Assembly: GCF_009834535.1 (NCBI RefSeq)
Contig: NC_045696.1
Span: 105,030,001-105,094,000, forward strand
Length of the DNA: 64,000 nucleotides
Direction of reading: 5' to 3'
Source: Camelus ferus
Lineage: Eukaryota
The notes beneath the pieces were generated by a model. It did no database searches. It saw nothing but the letters and a program-made list of their open reading frames with translations, and had not been told where the DNA came from. Below, piece by piece: positions 1 to 12,128 of the stretch (position 1 is the first letter of the stretch; every line of letters begins with the position of its first letter). Made by a program: the position numbers and the translations under genes.

Positions 1-19
1 TCTCTCTAGTGAGGGCTGC

Positions 20-720
20 AGTGTTTTTTAGCAAATTTCAAACATCATCACATTTTACCTGTAAATACTTCACCACATATTTTAACAGCTGAGGGCTTAA
101 AAAATCATCACACCTAATACATCTTACAGAATGAGTAATTGTTTAATATCATCCAATAATCTGCCTTTAGATTTTCCTTTTTGTATTTTTTAAAAAGTCT
201 TTTTTTTTATACCTGATTTGTTTAATCAGATTCTAAAGAAGGTCCTTAAGTTACTTTTCATTGATATTTCTCTTATGTCAATTTTAATTTTTAAGTTTCC
301 CCTTCTTCTCTTTTAAACAGGCCATTTTTGGGGTAAGGAAACCTGATTGTTTGCTCAGCAAAATTTACCACATTCTGAATTAAGGTGACCACATCTTCAA
401 AGCATCAATTAGCATGATCCTCTAGTCCCTGTATTTCTTGTAAACTGGCAGTTAGCACTAGAGGCTTGATGAAATTCAGATTCTACTTTTTTGGCTTCCT
501 GTTGCATTACATCCAGGCTTTCCACTCTGGGTGAAATTGAGATGTATTGGTGACTGAGCTGTTGTCATTCTGTCTATCCATTATAAAGTTTCTTAAACAC
601 TTTCTACCTTGAGATATTGGGAGTCAGTTGACTAAATCTATTATTTCATTAACATTGTTTAAGTATCATTAAAACTCATTTGCATATATTTGATATATTT
701 TAATATTTTGCAACTTTTAA
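20..720 (-). mobile_element. Ancient L1 (L1ME/L1MC-like) 3' region fragments
   Basis: T-rich degenerate sequence resembling an antisense old L1 3'UTR. Confidence 0.5.
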
Positions 721-1287
721 AAATTATTCCTGTTTTTCCCAACTTTAGCCAACAAAACCCCCCATGATTGGCTCCTCTGATCTTTCAACATGCCCTATCA
801 GCCTTTGATAGCTTCTTTTTGGTATAAACTGCCCCTTGGAGACCACAACCAAAGAGATGAGGGTTAACTCACTCTTTTTAAAGCCTGAATGATGCTTCAT
901 GACATGAGTGGCAGCTGTTGCAGCTGAGCGCACTCAGCATCATTCTAAACCTGTTGGAGTGTGTCTTACTACATTTCAAAGACTATATCTCCTGCCTCAT
1001 AGACTTGCAATCTTCATTTGACCTCGGTTCTGCCAAATGGGCACTTGAGAGAGATTTGGAAGTCAGAAGCGTGGAAAGATTTTCCTTTGGCTGCTTCTCT
1101 TAGCTCAGCTGCAGTCAGGTAGGCTGCGGCACAAGTGCTGGACTGGGAACCCCAGGGACTGGTGCCCAGCCTCAAAGATAGCAAGAGTCAGGGTGCAGAG
1201 CAGCTATTCTGCTGCTTTAGATGACTGCTGCAGTGTATCTGGGATCCAGCAATTAGAGCTGTAGCTTCCTGAATTTCTAGCTTTACT

Positions 1288-1665
1288 AGTTAGCTTTTGC
1301 TAGGTTACACTGCTTAGGAAAAAAAAAAAAAACTTAGTAGCTAGTGACAAAGGATGATTTCTCCCAGATGTTGCACATTGACTGTGAGTTTGGTTTGACT
1401 TTACCCCAGTGTCTTCATTATTTTAGGATCTAGGCTGACAGAGTAGCCCCTATCTAGGACATTCTGTTGTTGTGACAGACTGAAAAGAGAGACAGCAGAA
1501 CCATGCAAAGGCACTGAAAGCTTTTATTTGGAACTGACATGTATGACTCCTACTGACATTTCATTGGTTAAAGCAAGTCACATGGCCAAGCTTTGTTAAT
1601 GAGATGGAGAAGTATAATCTCTTACAAGGAAGAGGAGCAAATAATTGAGAATAATACAACCTACG
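1288..1665 (-). mobile_element. MaLR LTR (MLT1I/J-like)
   Basis: Hallmark motifs ttagcttttgct and cattggttaaagcaagtcacatggccaagc. Confidence 0.7.
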
Positions 1666-2261
1666 ATATAATAAGATCTGTATAGAATATTGTTGCTATC
1701 TCCATGTGACAAAGAGAGCAGCAACCTTGGTGAGCCACGTCTGTGCTTGTGCCTGAGAGTCATCCTTGGAAACTCAACCTAGACCCTGTTCCTCCAGCCC
1801 TCCCAAGGACTGTGTTCCTGCCTAATTCCCCATATCAACTCACTTTCTCTTCAAATTTTCTACAACTGAATTCTGCACCACAGTATGGATGCATCAGTTT
1901 ATTTATTCCACATTGATAAGTAATCGTTTCGTTTCCAGGTTTAAAACAATTTTTGTTACTAAATATAATGCAAAACCCTTTAAAAATATATATTCAAATG
2001 TTATATCTTTATTCCAATGGGATAGATTTTTAGGTGCGGGATGACAGAGCCACAGAATATAGATGTTTTGAATTATAATAGTTATTTTTAAATTTCTTTA
2101 TAAAAAAGCTAAAATAATTATCCCAATTTTTTCTACCTATTTACCAGGGGTATATAATCTAGCTCTTTAATATTTTGTCATCTGATGGGTGGCCAGTGTT
2201 ATTTCTTAGGTCTTTTAATATGCATTTCTCTGACCACTAGTGAAGCTAGGCATTTTACTTC

Positions 2262-3185
2262 TTCTTTTTTTTAAAGACTGATAAGGTATAAATTACATAT
2301 CATAAGATTTTTATCCATGAGAACTATACGATCGAATGATTCTCAGTAAATTTACAGAGTTGTACAACCAACACCATAACCTAATTTTAAAATGTTTTCT
2401 TCCTCTGCTAAAAATTTCCTCATGCTTGTTTGTCATCAATTCCAGCTTTTACCCCAGCTCCCGACAACCACTGATCTGATGCTTAAGGTTTTCCCTTTGA
2501 CAGCATTTTACACAAGTGGAATCATATAATGTACAGTCTTGTGGCTTCTTCCACTTAGCAGAGTATTCTCAGGTTCGTCCATATTGTGGAATCCATCAGT
2601 AGTACTTTCCTTTTTATTGTTAAATACTATTTTCTTGTTCAGATATACCCTATACTATTTATGCATTCACCAGTCGATATACGTTTTGATTACTTCCGCT
2701 TTGGGCTATTGTAAATAATGTTGCTAGGAAAATCTATGTGCAGGTCTTTGTGGGGAATATCTTTGCATTTCTCTTAGTCAGATACCTGAGTGGAACTGCA
2801 AAATCATGTGGTAAGTTTATGTTTAACTTTTTAAAAAAGTGTCAAACTTTCCCAAAGTGGCTGTACCAATCTACTTTCCCACCAGCAATGTACCAACACA
2901 TGAGGAGCTGTTTCTCCACAACTGTTGCTCAGAGCCATTCTAGCGGGTGTATCATGATGACCCACTGCGGTTTAAACTGCCCTTCCCTAGTGATTGATGA
3001 TGTTGGGCACCTTTTCACCTGCTCGTTAGCCATTTGTATACTTCTTTTGCTGCAATGTCTGCTCAAATCTTTTGCCCGCTTTTAAAGTGGATTGTTTATC
3101 TTCTTATTATTGAGTTATAAGTCCTCTTTATGTATTTCAATACAAATCATTTATATGTATGATCTACAAGTATTTTTCCCAGCTG
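2262..3185 (-). mobile_element. L1MB-like 3' end
   Basis: Poly-T head, then gttgtacaaccaacacc, ggcttcttccacttagca, ccaaagtggctgtacca, ttcccaccagcaatg. Confidence 0.85.
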
Positions 3186-3559
3186 TGATTAAGCCGGCTG
3201 GTGTTTCCACCCCTACCCACCCTGGTAGAACCACTCGGACAAATTTAGAGGGAGGGAAATAATGAGGAGTAAGAGCAGTCCCTGATGAGAATGCCAGACC
3301 TCCCTGTTCATACCTGAAGCTCAGCAGATTTGCATGAATACACACTTCTCAATATGTTGTTTGCCTCTGATCAATTTCTAAAATGGTTCTTTGGGCAATG
3401 TTCCCCCTGAAAGTTTAGCTGTGTGTGAGGAGAGGAGTCACCAATCATAAACATAAAAAGGGTTACAGGAAGCTGCTAGGCAACCCTTTTTATGTTTATG
3501 CAAATTTGGAGTTGGGCTCTTTCTCAACAGCCTCAGCAAGTGCCAAGGCTGTGCTTTAT

Positions 3560-3790
3560 TGTCTTGAATTGGGATTGGGTCCTCCAGCCATCCGTGAGCC
3601 ACTCACAGTGGCCAGGGGAAAGCAGCGCTGTGATTGGCCACGCCTGAGTTCCCTGCCCAGCCCAAGTCCAAGGGGGAATGAATTCCCACAGCATCAAGCC
3701 TGAGGGTGCAGAGGGCTGGTCCTCTGGAAGTGAGTTGGAGTGATTGTCCTTGAAAGAGAGCATGATGCTAGGTGGCAAAAACAGTCACCA
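3560..3790 (-). mobile_element. MaLR LTR fragment (MLT1K-like)
   Basis: gtgattggccacgcctgagttccctgcccagccc resembles the MLT1K core. Confidence 0.5.
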
Positions 3791-4209
3791 TTCACTATAG
3801 ACTCCCTTCAGAGTTGATTCTCAGTGTGAAGCCCTTACATCACAGGCCTGGAAACACCTACAATGTCTTGTTGGCTTCAGGGAGACCTTGCCTGACCACG
3901 TGTCCTTGCTGAGTTCTTAATGATACCAGACAGACAAAGCCTCCCACGATTCAGGCACAGAAATCTGGCTTCGGATGGGAGCAGATTTCTGGGCCTTCTA
4001 AGCTCTCCTCCAGCCCTAGAGTTCTACATTTGTTTTGTTTTACAGTGTATTTTTTCTCATGTTTCCTTTTAGTCTCTTGTACCTTCTTTTCAGCAATGTT
4101 CTATTTAAACATCCTTAAGCTTCTCATTCTAAATACTTCCCTGTTCTCGCTGCTTCTGTCTGGCATTCTCTGCTGCTCGGTCTCTCTCTTGGTCTCCCTC
4201 TCCTTCTCT

Positions 4210-4330
4210 TTCCATTATCAACATCTATTTATCGAACACCCACAACAGTCAGGCAGTGTGCACAGCTACAATGGCACAAAAACCAAGATGTATTAGTTAC
4301 CATCCCTTCCCTCAAGTTTACAGTGTCTTT
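4210..4330 (-). mobile_element. L2 3' end fragment
   Basis: caacatctatttatcgaacaccc...cccttccctcaagtttacagt. Confidence 0.55.
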
Positions 4331-5979
4331 GCCAGAAAGAACCTATCATTCATGGTGAAGCTTAAGGCAGAAATATAACAGTAAGTGCGACATGAGGGGC
4401 TGACAGTGCAGCCTCTGCCTCCTCCCAAGGCTGGCCTCGTGCACAGACAGCTCTTAGCTGAAAGCCTCTGTAACTACAAAAAGGCACCTAAGCCCCAGAA
4501 TACTTTACTCTTCTCGGGGCTTGAAATTCCTCACTTCACCTCTAAACACTCCTGAAAATTTCCCATTACTCAAGAGTCACTAGGATGCTGGATGCCAGGC
4601 ATTTATAGTGGAAGATGAATTCATTCCAAAAGGTAGATTGTGTCTTAAGATGGCCAGTGCCAACTTAAATGCATGATGGTAGTTTGAATGTGTTGGGGAG
4701 GGATTCGGAAGCAGGGATCCGTGTTGGGGAGGTGGGCTTACACGGGTATCCCTCTGCAGAGGGTATCATGTGCCTGCGATGCAGGATACAGTGGACGGAG
4801 GAAGAATGAGGACCCGGAGAGGGAGGGAGCTGCCACGAGTTGATTCCATAGACCTCACTTCTGTGTCAAGGACAACTCAGAAGTCCATCTGTTATGCCTT
4901 GTTTAATTTTCTTCCTCCTTTCTTTTCCTTTCTCATTCAACTGCCAGTTGGTGGCCAGTAGTTTATATGTGATGTAGAGCTCAGCGACCTAGACAAGGCA
5001 TTTTGACTTCTGTTGAAGTTTAAACATTGTGCAATCCATGTGATCCAGGGCTGCTAATGTCACAGGCTGGTGAGTAACTGTGAAGAAAAGCAAAATCTTC
5101 CATTCCGTCAAGGGCTCCTTGCCACTATCATGAATTATCACAAGGGCAAGCCAAGTGCAGAAACACCTCTTTGGGGAGGGCAAAATGGAGAGGATTATTC
5201 ATGCTATGGAAATTTTGAGAGGCTGAAAAAATAGACCCTGGAAAGGAGGTAGGGGGGTGGGGAATCACATAATAAGAAGGGAGAAAACACTACCTCACCT
5301 CTGAGTGTGAAATTAGTTTACCTTCGTTAAGACTCCTCTCCTATGAAAACTATAAATACCGCATCCTGATTATTTAAGAGAAAAACGCTAATTTTCAAGT
5401 TTGTGCTATTTCTAGCGATTCCAATCTGCTGTGCAGGAAGTGTGAGAGTGCTGATAATTAAGGAACACTATGCTAGGCGATGATAACACACCGCCTCTGG
5501 ATCCCAGCTCACGGTACCTTGTAAATGTGACAAAATCAGATTCGATACTGCTAAAATGTCAGGGATACACGATAGCAATTCTCTTATTTCAGTACAATTC
5601 AGTGATGCTTAACTTCGCTCTGTAATCCTTGTGTCAGTGTTCCTTGTCATAGGTAATGTGAATTCAAGATAATTATTACAAGGAAATATCAAAAAGCCAC
5701 AAGCTGAAGTAATTTACAAATCACTTCTCCCCCCCTCCCCCGGCTTTCTGTCACCGACCTGTGTAAGTTGTACAATCTGTGGTCATGAGGATGAGTGGAG
5801 TTGATGGGCTTCGGGACTGTGAAACAGAAAATGAACTCGTGACTATCTTCACTCACTCAAACATCCCTAGACTTGGTTGATAAGCCCCTAGCAGCCACCC
5901 AAGCCCCATCCTGGCTGTGTTTCCAGATTCCTCCTCTTCTCATACAAGCTCACTAAATCCTATCAAGTTTACCTGCTTC

Positions 5980-6625
5980 TTCAACCTCAGGTTCTGTTTC
6001 AGATCTTTCCCATCTCTTGAAGTCACCCCCTGTCTCTGGGTCCAAGCCCTCCACCTTGCTGCCTGAGCGAGGTATCCAAAAACACAAATCTAACGGTGCC
6101 TTGCTTGAAAACCCTGAAGTGGTCCTTTCTATACCCCTAGGTTGAGGTTCCAGTTCTTTGGCGTGCCTACATGGTGCTCGGGGATCTGACTCACCCACTC
6201 CTCTGACCAGATGTCCCTGACCCCTGCTACCTGCACCTTGTACTTCCTGCCCAAATGAGAAACACCCAAACCATGGTGAGGTTCCACTCACCCCATGCTG
6301 TGCTGGCTCCAGGCTCTTGTTCAAGCCAGCCTCACCGACCACCTTCACCAGGAGAGCTGTACTCATCCTTTAAGACTCTGTGCAGAAGGCATTGCCTCCA
6401 GAAAGTCTTCCTTGAGCCCACAGAGAGGAATACATAGATAAATGTGCTTTCTTGGGCTCTCCCATCCCTCTGTCTGTCCCATTATATTGCTGTTTGCCTT
6501 TCCTCCAGCCCTCATGGCTGGGAGGTCCCTCAGAACAGGGGCCAGATCTCATTCATCTTCCTATGCCCAGCACAGAACAGCAGCACAGGGATGCTGTATG
6601 CATCCTGTGTATTTTCTGAAATTTG
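5980..6625 (+). mobile_element. L2 3' region
   Basis: Pyrimidine-rich L2 pattern ending ggaggtccctcagaacagggg...cccagcacagaacagcagcacaggg. Confidence 0.65.
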
Positions 6626-7464
6626 AATCTGATCATGGGTTTAATTAAGTCATTGGTGAAAACTGTACAAATTCAGATTCAGTGAGGGGGGGAAAACCAC
6701 TTCCATCGATCCCTGTGATTCCTGTATTAAAGAAGCAGTGATTGGATTGAAGCATTTATTCAAGTACGTCATAAAATTATGAAACCATGGACTGTGTATT
6801 TATTCATCTACAATATATATTGTTCTATGTTCTAGAACTTACATAAAAGTCTCATTCTTTGTTTTGAGATGCATCTGCTTTTTTCACTTAATAATGCATT
6901 TTTTTGATTTGTCAGTGTTGATATATTTGAGATCTGGCTTGTTCATTTTCATTGCTCTCATGTATTTCTTTGTATGACTATATCATGGCATATGTGTTCA
7001 TGATTGTTATATTTTCTCGCTGGAATATTTGATCAATAGGTAGGGCTTCTTTTTGTTTCTAATAACACTTTCTCCATTAAATTCAGTTTTCTTCTATATT
7101 GGAAAAGCCACAGAAATTTCTTTTGATTTGTGTTTGTAGGTATAGCTGGCTCATCTCTTTATTTGCAACTATTCTCTATGATTTTGTATTAGGGACGTTT
7201 TAACGAAAAACAAAAGGTTTGATTTTTATCATTTGTAATCAGTCAGTTGTTTTTCTCTTAATAGGTGATTTTAAACTTTTGAATGCTGATATATTTAGAC
7301 TTAGATATTACCAGGTAATTTTTTTAATTTACTTGCTTCTTTCAATTTCCTTTCTTGATTCCCTTGCCTTCTATTAAATTACTCAAATTTTCTTTTCTCC
7401 TTTCTCCTCTTAACTGGCTTAAAAGCTATAAAGTATTTTTTTAACTCTATTTGTATTTACTTTT

Positions 7465-8592
7465 AATTTTTTTAATAAAAATTTTTCGAGATATAATTCA
7501 TATACAATTCACCCATTCAAAATGTACAGCTCAATGGTTCATAATGTATCTTTGGAGTTGTGCAGCCACCACCTCAACATCCCAATACAGTTTAGAACAT
7601 TTCATCACCCCCAAAAGAAACCCCATAAGCATTAGCAGTTGCTCCCCATTTCCCCCAGACCCCTCCCAGCTCCAAGCAATCTCAGTCTACTTTCTGTCTC
7701 TAGGGACTTGCCTATCCTGGACATTTCTTATAAATGGAATCACATAATACGTGGTCTTTTGCGACTGGCTCCTTTTACTTAGCATTATGTTTTCAAGGTT
7801 CATTGATGCTATAGTGTGTATCAGTACTTCATTCCTTTTTATGCCAAGTAATACTTCATTATATGGATATGCCACACTTTGTTTATTCCTTGATCAATTG
7901 ATGAACATTTGTGTTGTGTCTACTTTGGGGCCATGATGAGTAATGCTGCTCCACACATTCAGGTACAAGTTATTGGGTAGATGTATGCTTTTATTTCTGT
8001 ATTTCTAGCAGAGGAATTTCTAGATCACATGGTAAATCTATATTTACCTCACTGAGGAATTGCTGGACTGTTTTGCAAACCAGCATTTTACATTGCCACC
8101 AGCAGTGTATGAGGGCTCCAATTTCTCCATATTCTCACAATATTTGTTACCCGATTTTTTAAGTCTAGCCATCCTAGTGAATATGAAGTGATGTCTCATT
8201 GTGGTTTGGATTTGCATTTCCCTGATGGCTAGTGTTGTTGAGCATCTTATCAAGTGCTTTTGGTAAATTGTGTATCTTCCTTGAACAGATGTCTATTTGG
8301 ATCTTTACCCATGTTAAATTGGGTTATTTATCTTTATATTATTGAGCTGTAGGAGTTCTTTATATACTCCAGACCCAAGCCTCTTATCACATATATAACT
8401 GGCAAAAATATGCCCTCTATCTGTATTGCTTTTCATTTTCTTGATGGTGTCCTCGGCAGATCAAAGGTTTTTAAGTTTGGTAATTTTCACTTTACCAATT
8501 TTTCCCTTTTGTTGCTTGTGCTTTTGGTGTCATATAAGAAACTACTGCCTAATCCAAGGTCATGAAGATTTATACCTATGCTTTCTTCTTTC
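7465..8592 (-). mobile_element. L1MB 3' end (3'UTR plus end of ORF2) inserted in older L1 debris
   Basis: gagatataattcatatac...cattgtggtttggatttgcatttccctgatgg. Minus-strand ORF 8044-8253 (IREMQIQTTMRHH) is the L1 ORF2 C-terminal motif. Confidence 0.9.
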
Positions 8593-8787
8593 AGTTTTTA
8601 AGATGCATACTTAATTGTGCCACCATTTCCTGTATTCTTTTTTTTTTATGAAAATCTATTTAACACACTTTAAAGTCTCTCCATATCTCGTAACTGATTT
8701 TTTATAATTTTAATCTTTTTATGCCATGTTCCAAATTAATTCATGTCTACCATCTTCCAATTTTTTCAGCTTCCAATCTAAAGTTGA

Positions 8788-9050
8788 GATACACAAAACA
8801 TATATAAAATACGATAGCAGAACCAGTAATAGTGAGGGGAGGAGAGTACAAATTTAGGGTACTAAAAATATATTTGGAAAAAAGAGGTTAGCATCTTAAA
8901 GCAATCACATATATATACAGAATGCTATAGCAAAACCTTACGGTATAAAAATAAAAATAATAAATTAAATTAAATTAAAATTTTTAAAAAACCTTGTGGT
9001 AACTGTAATAGATATACTCACAAAAAAGAAAAAGGAATCCTAACATAACA
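8788..9050 (+). mobile_element. Internal L1 fragment (inter-ORF-like region) inserted in an older antisense L1
   Basis: aaaggaatcctaacataacac L1 motif, flanked by ctaaagttga (8778) and ctgaagttga (9051). Confidence 0.65.
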
Positions 9051-9589
9051 CTGAAGTTGATTCCATTAATATTTTAATTTTAAAACCCCATTTGTCTATT
9101 TTTCCAGGATTTCAAATTGTTATTTTTCCTATCTGCTGGTTCTGTTTCCTTCTGCCTATTTAGTTTCATAAAAGTCTATTTTATTCATAGAGGTCATTTC
9201 TTTATCTATGAGGACCCTAAATATGCCTTTTTAAAAGTAATTTTCACATTACCATTTTTATTTCACCTGGAGTGGATTTAGCTCACAATTGTCAGCCTTT
9301 CTCAGCATTAGAATTTGTCTTAAGTTTTGGAATTTTTTTGTTTACAAGCTCACCTTGAGTAGGGAGGTTTATTTTTTTAAACCTTGGTCTCTGAACTCAA
9401 GACACACAATAATTGCTCACAGTCCCTCTCCAAGGGTGACATTTTGGATATTTCCAAACACACAGGCAGCAAATGTCAGCTTGGCCGGGACCTCCGTGTG
9501 TCTTCATCCCTGAGCCTCTCCTCCAGGGCAAGGCAGCTTCTCATCAGCCTTTGCTCCAAGCAGCAGGACTTTATATACCAAATTTCTTT

Positions 9590-9730
9590 TTTCCTAACTG
9601 ACAAGAAGACCCAGGCTCAGAGACATTATGAAGCTAAGGCAAGGTCACACAGCTGATAAGTTGTGAGACCAGGGTTCAAATTTAGTTCTCTGACTCCATA
9701 GCGCAGACTCTTCCTACTGTGCCCTGCTGC
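9590..9730 (-). mobile_element. MIR SINE
   Basis: caggctcagagac...aaggtcacacagctgataag...ctctgactcca. Confidence 0.7.
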
Positions 9731-9894
9731 TCAGAAGGAGGATGGCAGCCAGCGATCTTCCCGCAGCCCCCAGGGTCCTGATTAAACACCCATGGCCCGA
9801 GGAAACAGGCCTGCCCCTGAGGAAGGTTTCACATACATTTTCCTTTGTTTGAACAAATCACTGGTTACCACTCCCTTGAGTAGCTTGATGAGGC

Positions 9895-10055
9895 CTGGAG
9901 ACTCTAAAGTGAGTGAGTGGGTACACAAGTTCCAGTCCCAACTCTGCCACTTACTTACTTTCAGGGTAACCTAGATTCTCCCCCATCTCTGAGCCTCTGT
10001 CCTTAGCTGCAAGTAGGGACAGTGATGCTTATCTTCACAGTTCGTTACAAGGATT
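9895..10055 (+). mobile_element. MIR SINE
   Basis: ttccagtcccaactctgccacttact...ctctgagcctctgtcctt. Confidence 0.65.
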
Positions 10056-10589
10056 CTGCCAGCAGGCTCACAGAGGAGGCAGTCAGTCATGGTGGTTTCC
10101 ATTTCCTTTTCTGTGGACAGAGTCAATTTTGCACAGGGGCCCAGGTGTTGCTGATTTGCTAGTATTATTACATTTTCTCCTTCTGTCCCTAGAATCTGGA
10201 AAAAGCACATGCCAGGACAATCCAAGGCACAGTGCATTAGACTTTAACCTACCTCCTGCTATGAGATACATGTCCCTACTGATCAGGACCACAGGGGTGG
10301 GCTGGAGGGGGCAGCAGAGAAAGGCAAGACCTATGAAGGCCCCGTTCTAGTCCTCATGAGAGAACACTCTCCTTTGATAACCTGGAATAGAACAGAGCCT
10401 CTGGGAGGCAATAATTCTAGGTGACAGCGCTAGAGGCTGATGCAGACTATGAAGCAAGTCTCAAGAGGATGCTTTTGTTTCAGAGAAAATAGGAGTAAAT
10501 CAGAGACTTGGGATTTTCCCTGAATAATGCATTTGAGCTTCAATTCTGGACGGGCTCGAACACCAGAAACTCCTTAAAATAAGACTTTT

Positions 10590-11760
10590 GCCTTGGGTTA
10601 GGCAAATATTTCTTTGATATGACACCAAAAGCACAGTCTATAAAAGAAAAAATTAATAAATTGGACTTCATCAAGGAAAAAGTCTGCCGACATTGTTAAC
10701 AGAATTAAAAGACAAGCAAAGCCTGGGGAAAGAACATTTGCAAACCATACAGCTGATAAAGAATATGCGTCTATAATATATAAAGTAAGAAGAAAATAAA
10801 CAATACAAATTTTAAATGGACAAAAGATTTTAACAGGCACTTCACCAAAAAGGATATACAAATGTCTAAGAAATACATGAAAAAGAAGTCAACATCATTT
10901 GTCACTGAGGAAATGCATATTAAAATCACAAATGAAATGCTGCTACACATCTATTAAAAGGGCTAAAATGAAACATGTTCACTGTGGCAAGTATTGGTAA
11001 AGAACTAGAATTTTCATGCATTGCTGGTAGGAATGTAAATAGAAGAATCATTTAGAAATGATTCTGGTTTAAGGGGGAGGGTATAGCTCAGTGGTAGAGT
11101 GCATGCCTAGCATGCATGAGGGCCTGGGTTCAATCCCCATCACCTCTATTAAAATAATCATTAAATAAACCTAATTACTTCCCTTCCCCACCCTCAAAAA
11201 AAAAAATGATCCTGGTTTTAAAAAACACTTTGGCAAGAAGTCAAACTTAACTCATCGTGTGATCCAGACATTGGATTCTTAGACATTTATCCAAGAGAAA
11301 AGAGTGCATGTGCTCATCCAATGTTCATAGTAGCTTTATTCATTATAGCCTCAAACTAGAAATGACCCAAATGCCCATTAATAGGTGAATGGATAGCAAA
11401 TTATGGTCTATCCATATAATGGAATACTAGTCAGCAATAAAATGGAATGAACATTTGGTATGTACAATATGAAAGACTCTCACAATAGTTTTGCTGATTG
11501 AGAGAACCCATACAAACAAAGAGTACATACTGCATGACTCAACTTGTATAAAACTCTAGTAATGTAAACTAACATGCAATGACAGCATGAGGACCAGTGA
11601 CTGCCTGGAGCTGGGTGGGCAGGAGGGAGCGTAAGGAAACTCTCGGGATTGACTGTGGTGATGCTTTCATGGTTGGGTGCATATGGCAGGACTTGCCATT
11701 TTTTACATTTTAAATGTGTAGTTTATTGTCTGCCAATTATATCTCAATAAAGCCATTAGG
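10590..11760 (+). mobile_element. L1MB/MC 3' end (ORF2 C-terminus plus 3'UTR), interrupted by a SINE
   Basis: gggttaggcaaatatttctttgatatgacaccaaaagcac...aattatatctcaataaagc. Confidence 0.9.
11073..11206 (+). mobile_element. tRNA-derived camelid SINE (vic-1-like), long form
   Basis: ggggagggtatagctcagtggtagag (A box), gggttcaatcccc (B box), aaataaacctaattac tail and poly-A. TSD aaatgattctggttt (11056) / aaatgatcctggttt (11204). Confidence 0.9.
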
Positions 11761-12025
11761 AGAATGAAAAAGGCAGAGGAGAATGAGCCCTATGTTCAAT
11801 GATTCTCAGCTGTTGACCAGTCCCTCCAAGACTAGCAAAAGTTCCAAAATAAAGGAATACTTTCTCAAATTTGGGAATTGCTTTTGGAAACTCAAGATCT
11901 TATAATGGTCTTTATAAGTTTAAAGGGTTTTTGAAAGTTGATGCTTAGAAAGTATTTTTTTACATGGAGCTGTTATCTTTATAAGTTTAAGGAGTTTGAA
12001 AATTGATGCTTAGAAACTGTTTTTT

Positions 12026-12128
12026 AAGAATATGAAAACGAATATATGTACGTATATACATGACTGAGACATTGTGCTATACTGCCAGAAATTGACACAT
12101 TGTAACTGACTATACTTCAATTTTTAAA
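12026..12128 (+). mobile_element. Severely 5'-truncated young L1 3' terminus
   Basis: catgactgagacattgtgctatac...gaaattgacacattgtaactgactatacttcaa; same family as the element at 46008. Confidence 0.8.

Noticed and set aside
11073..11150. tRNA gene (also 28898, 44305, 58962)
   Set aside because: A/B boxes are present, but the copies have SINE tails, mostly poly-A and TSDs, and no convincing acceptor stem
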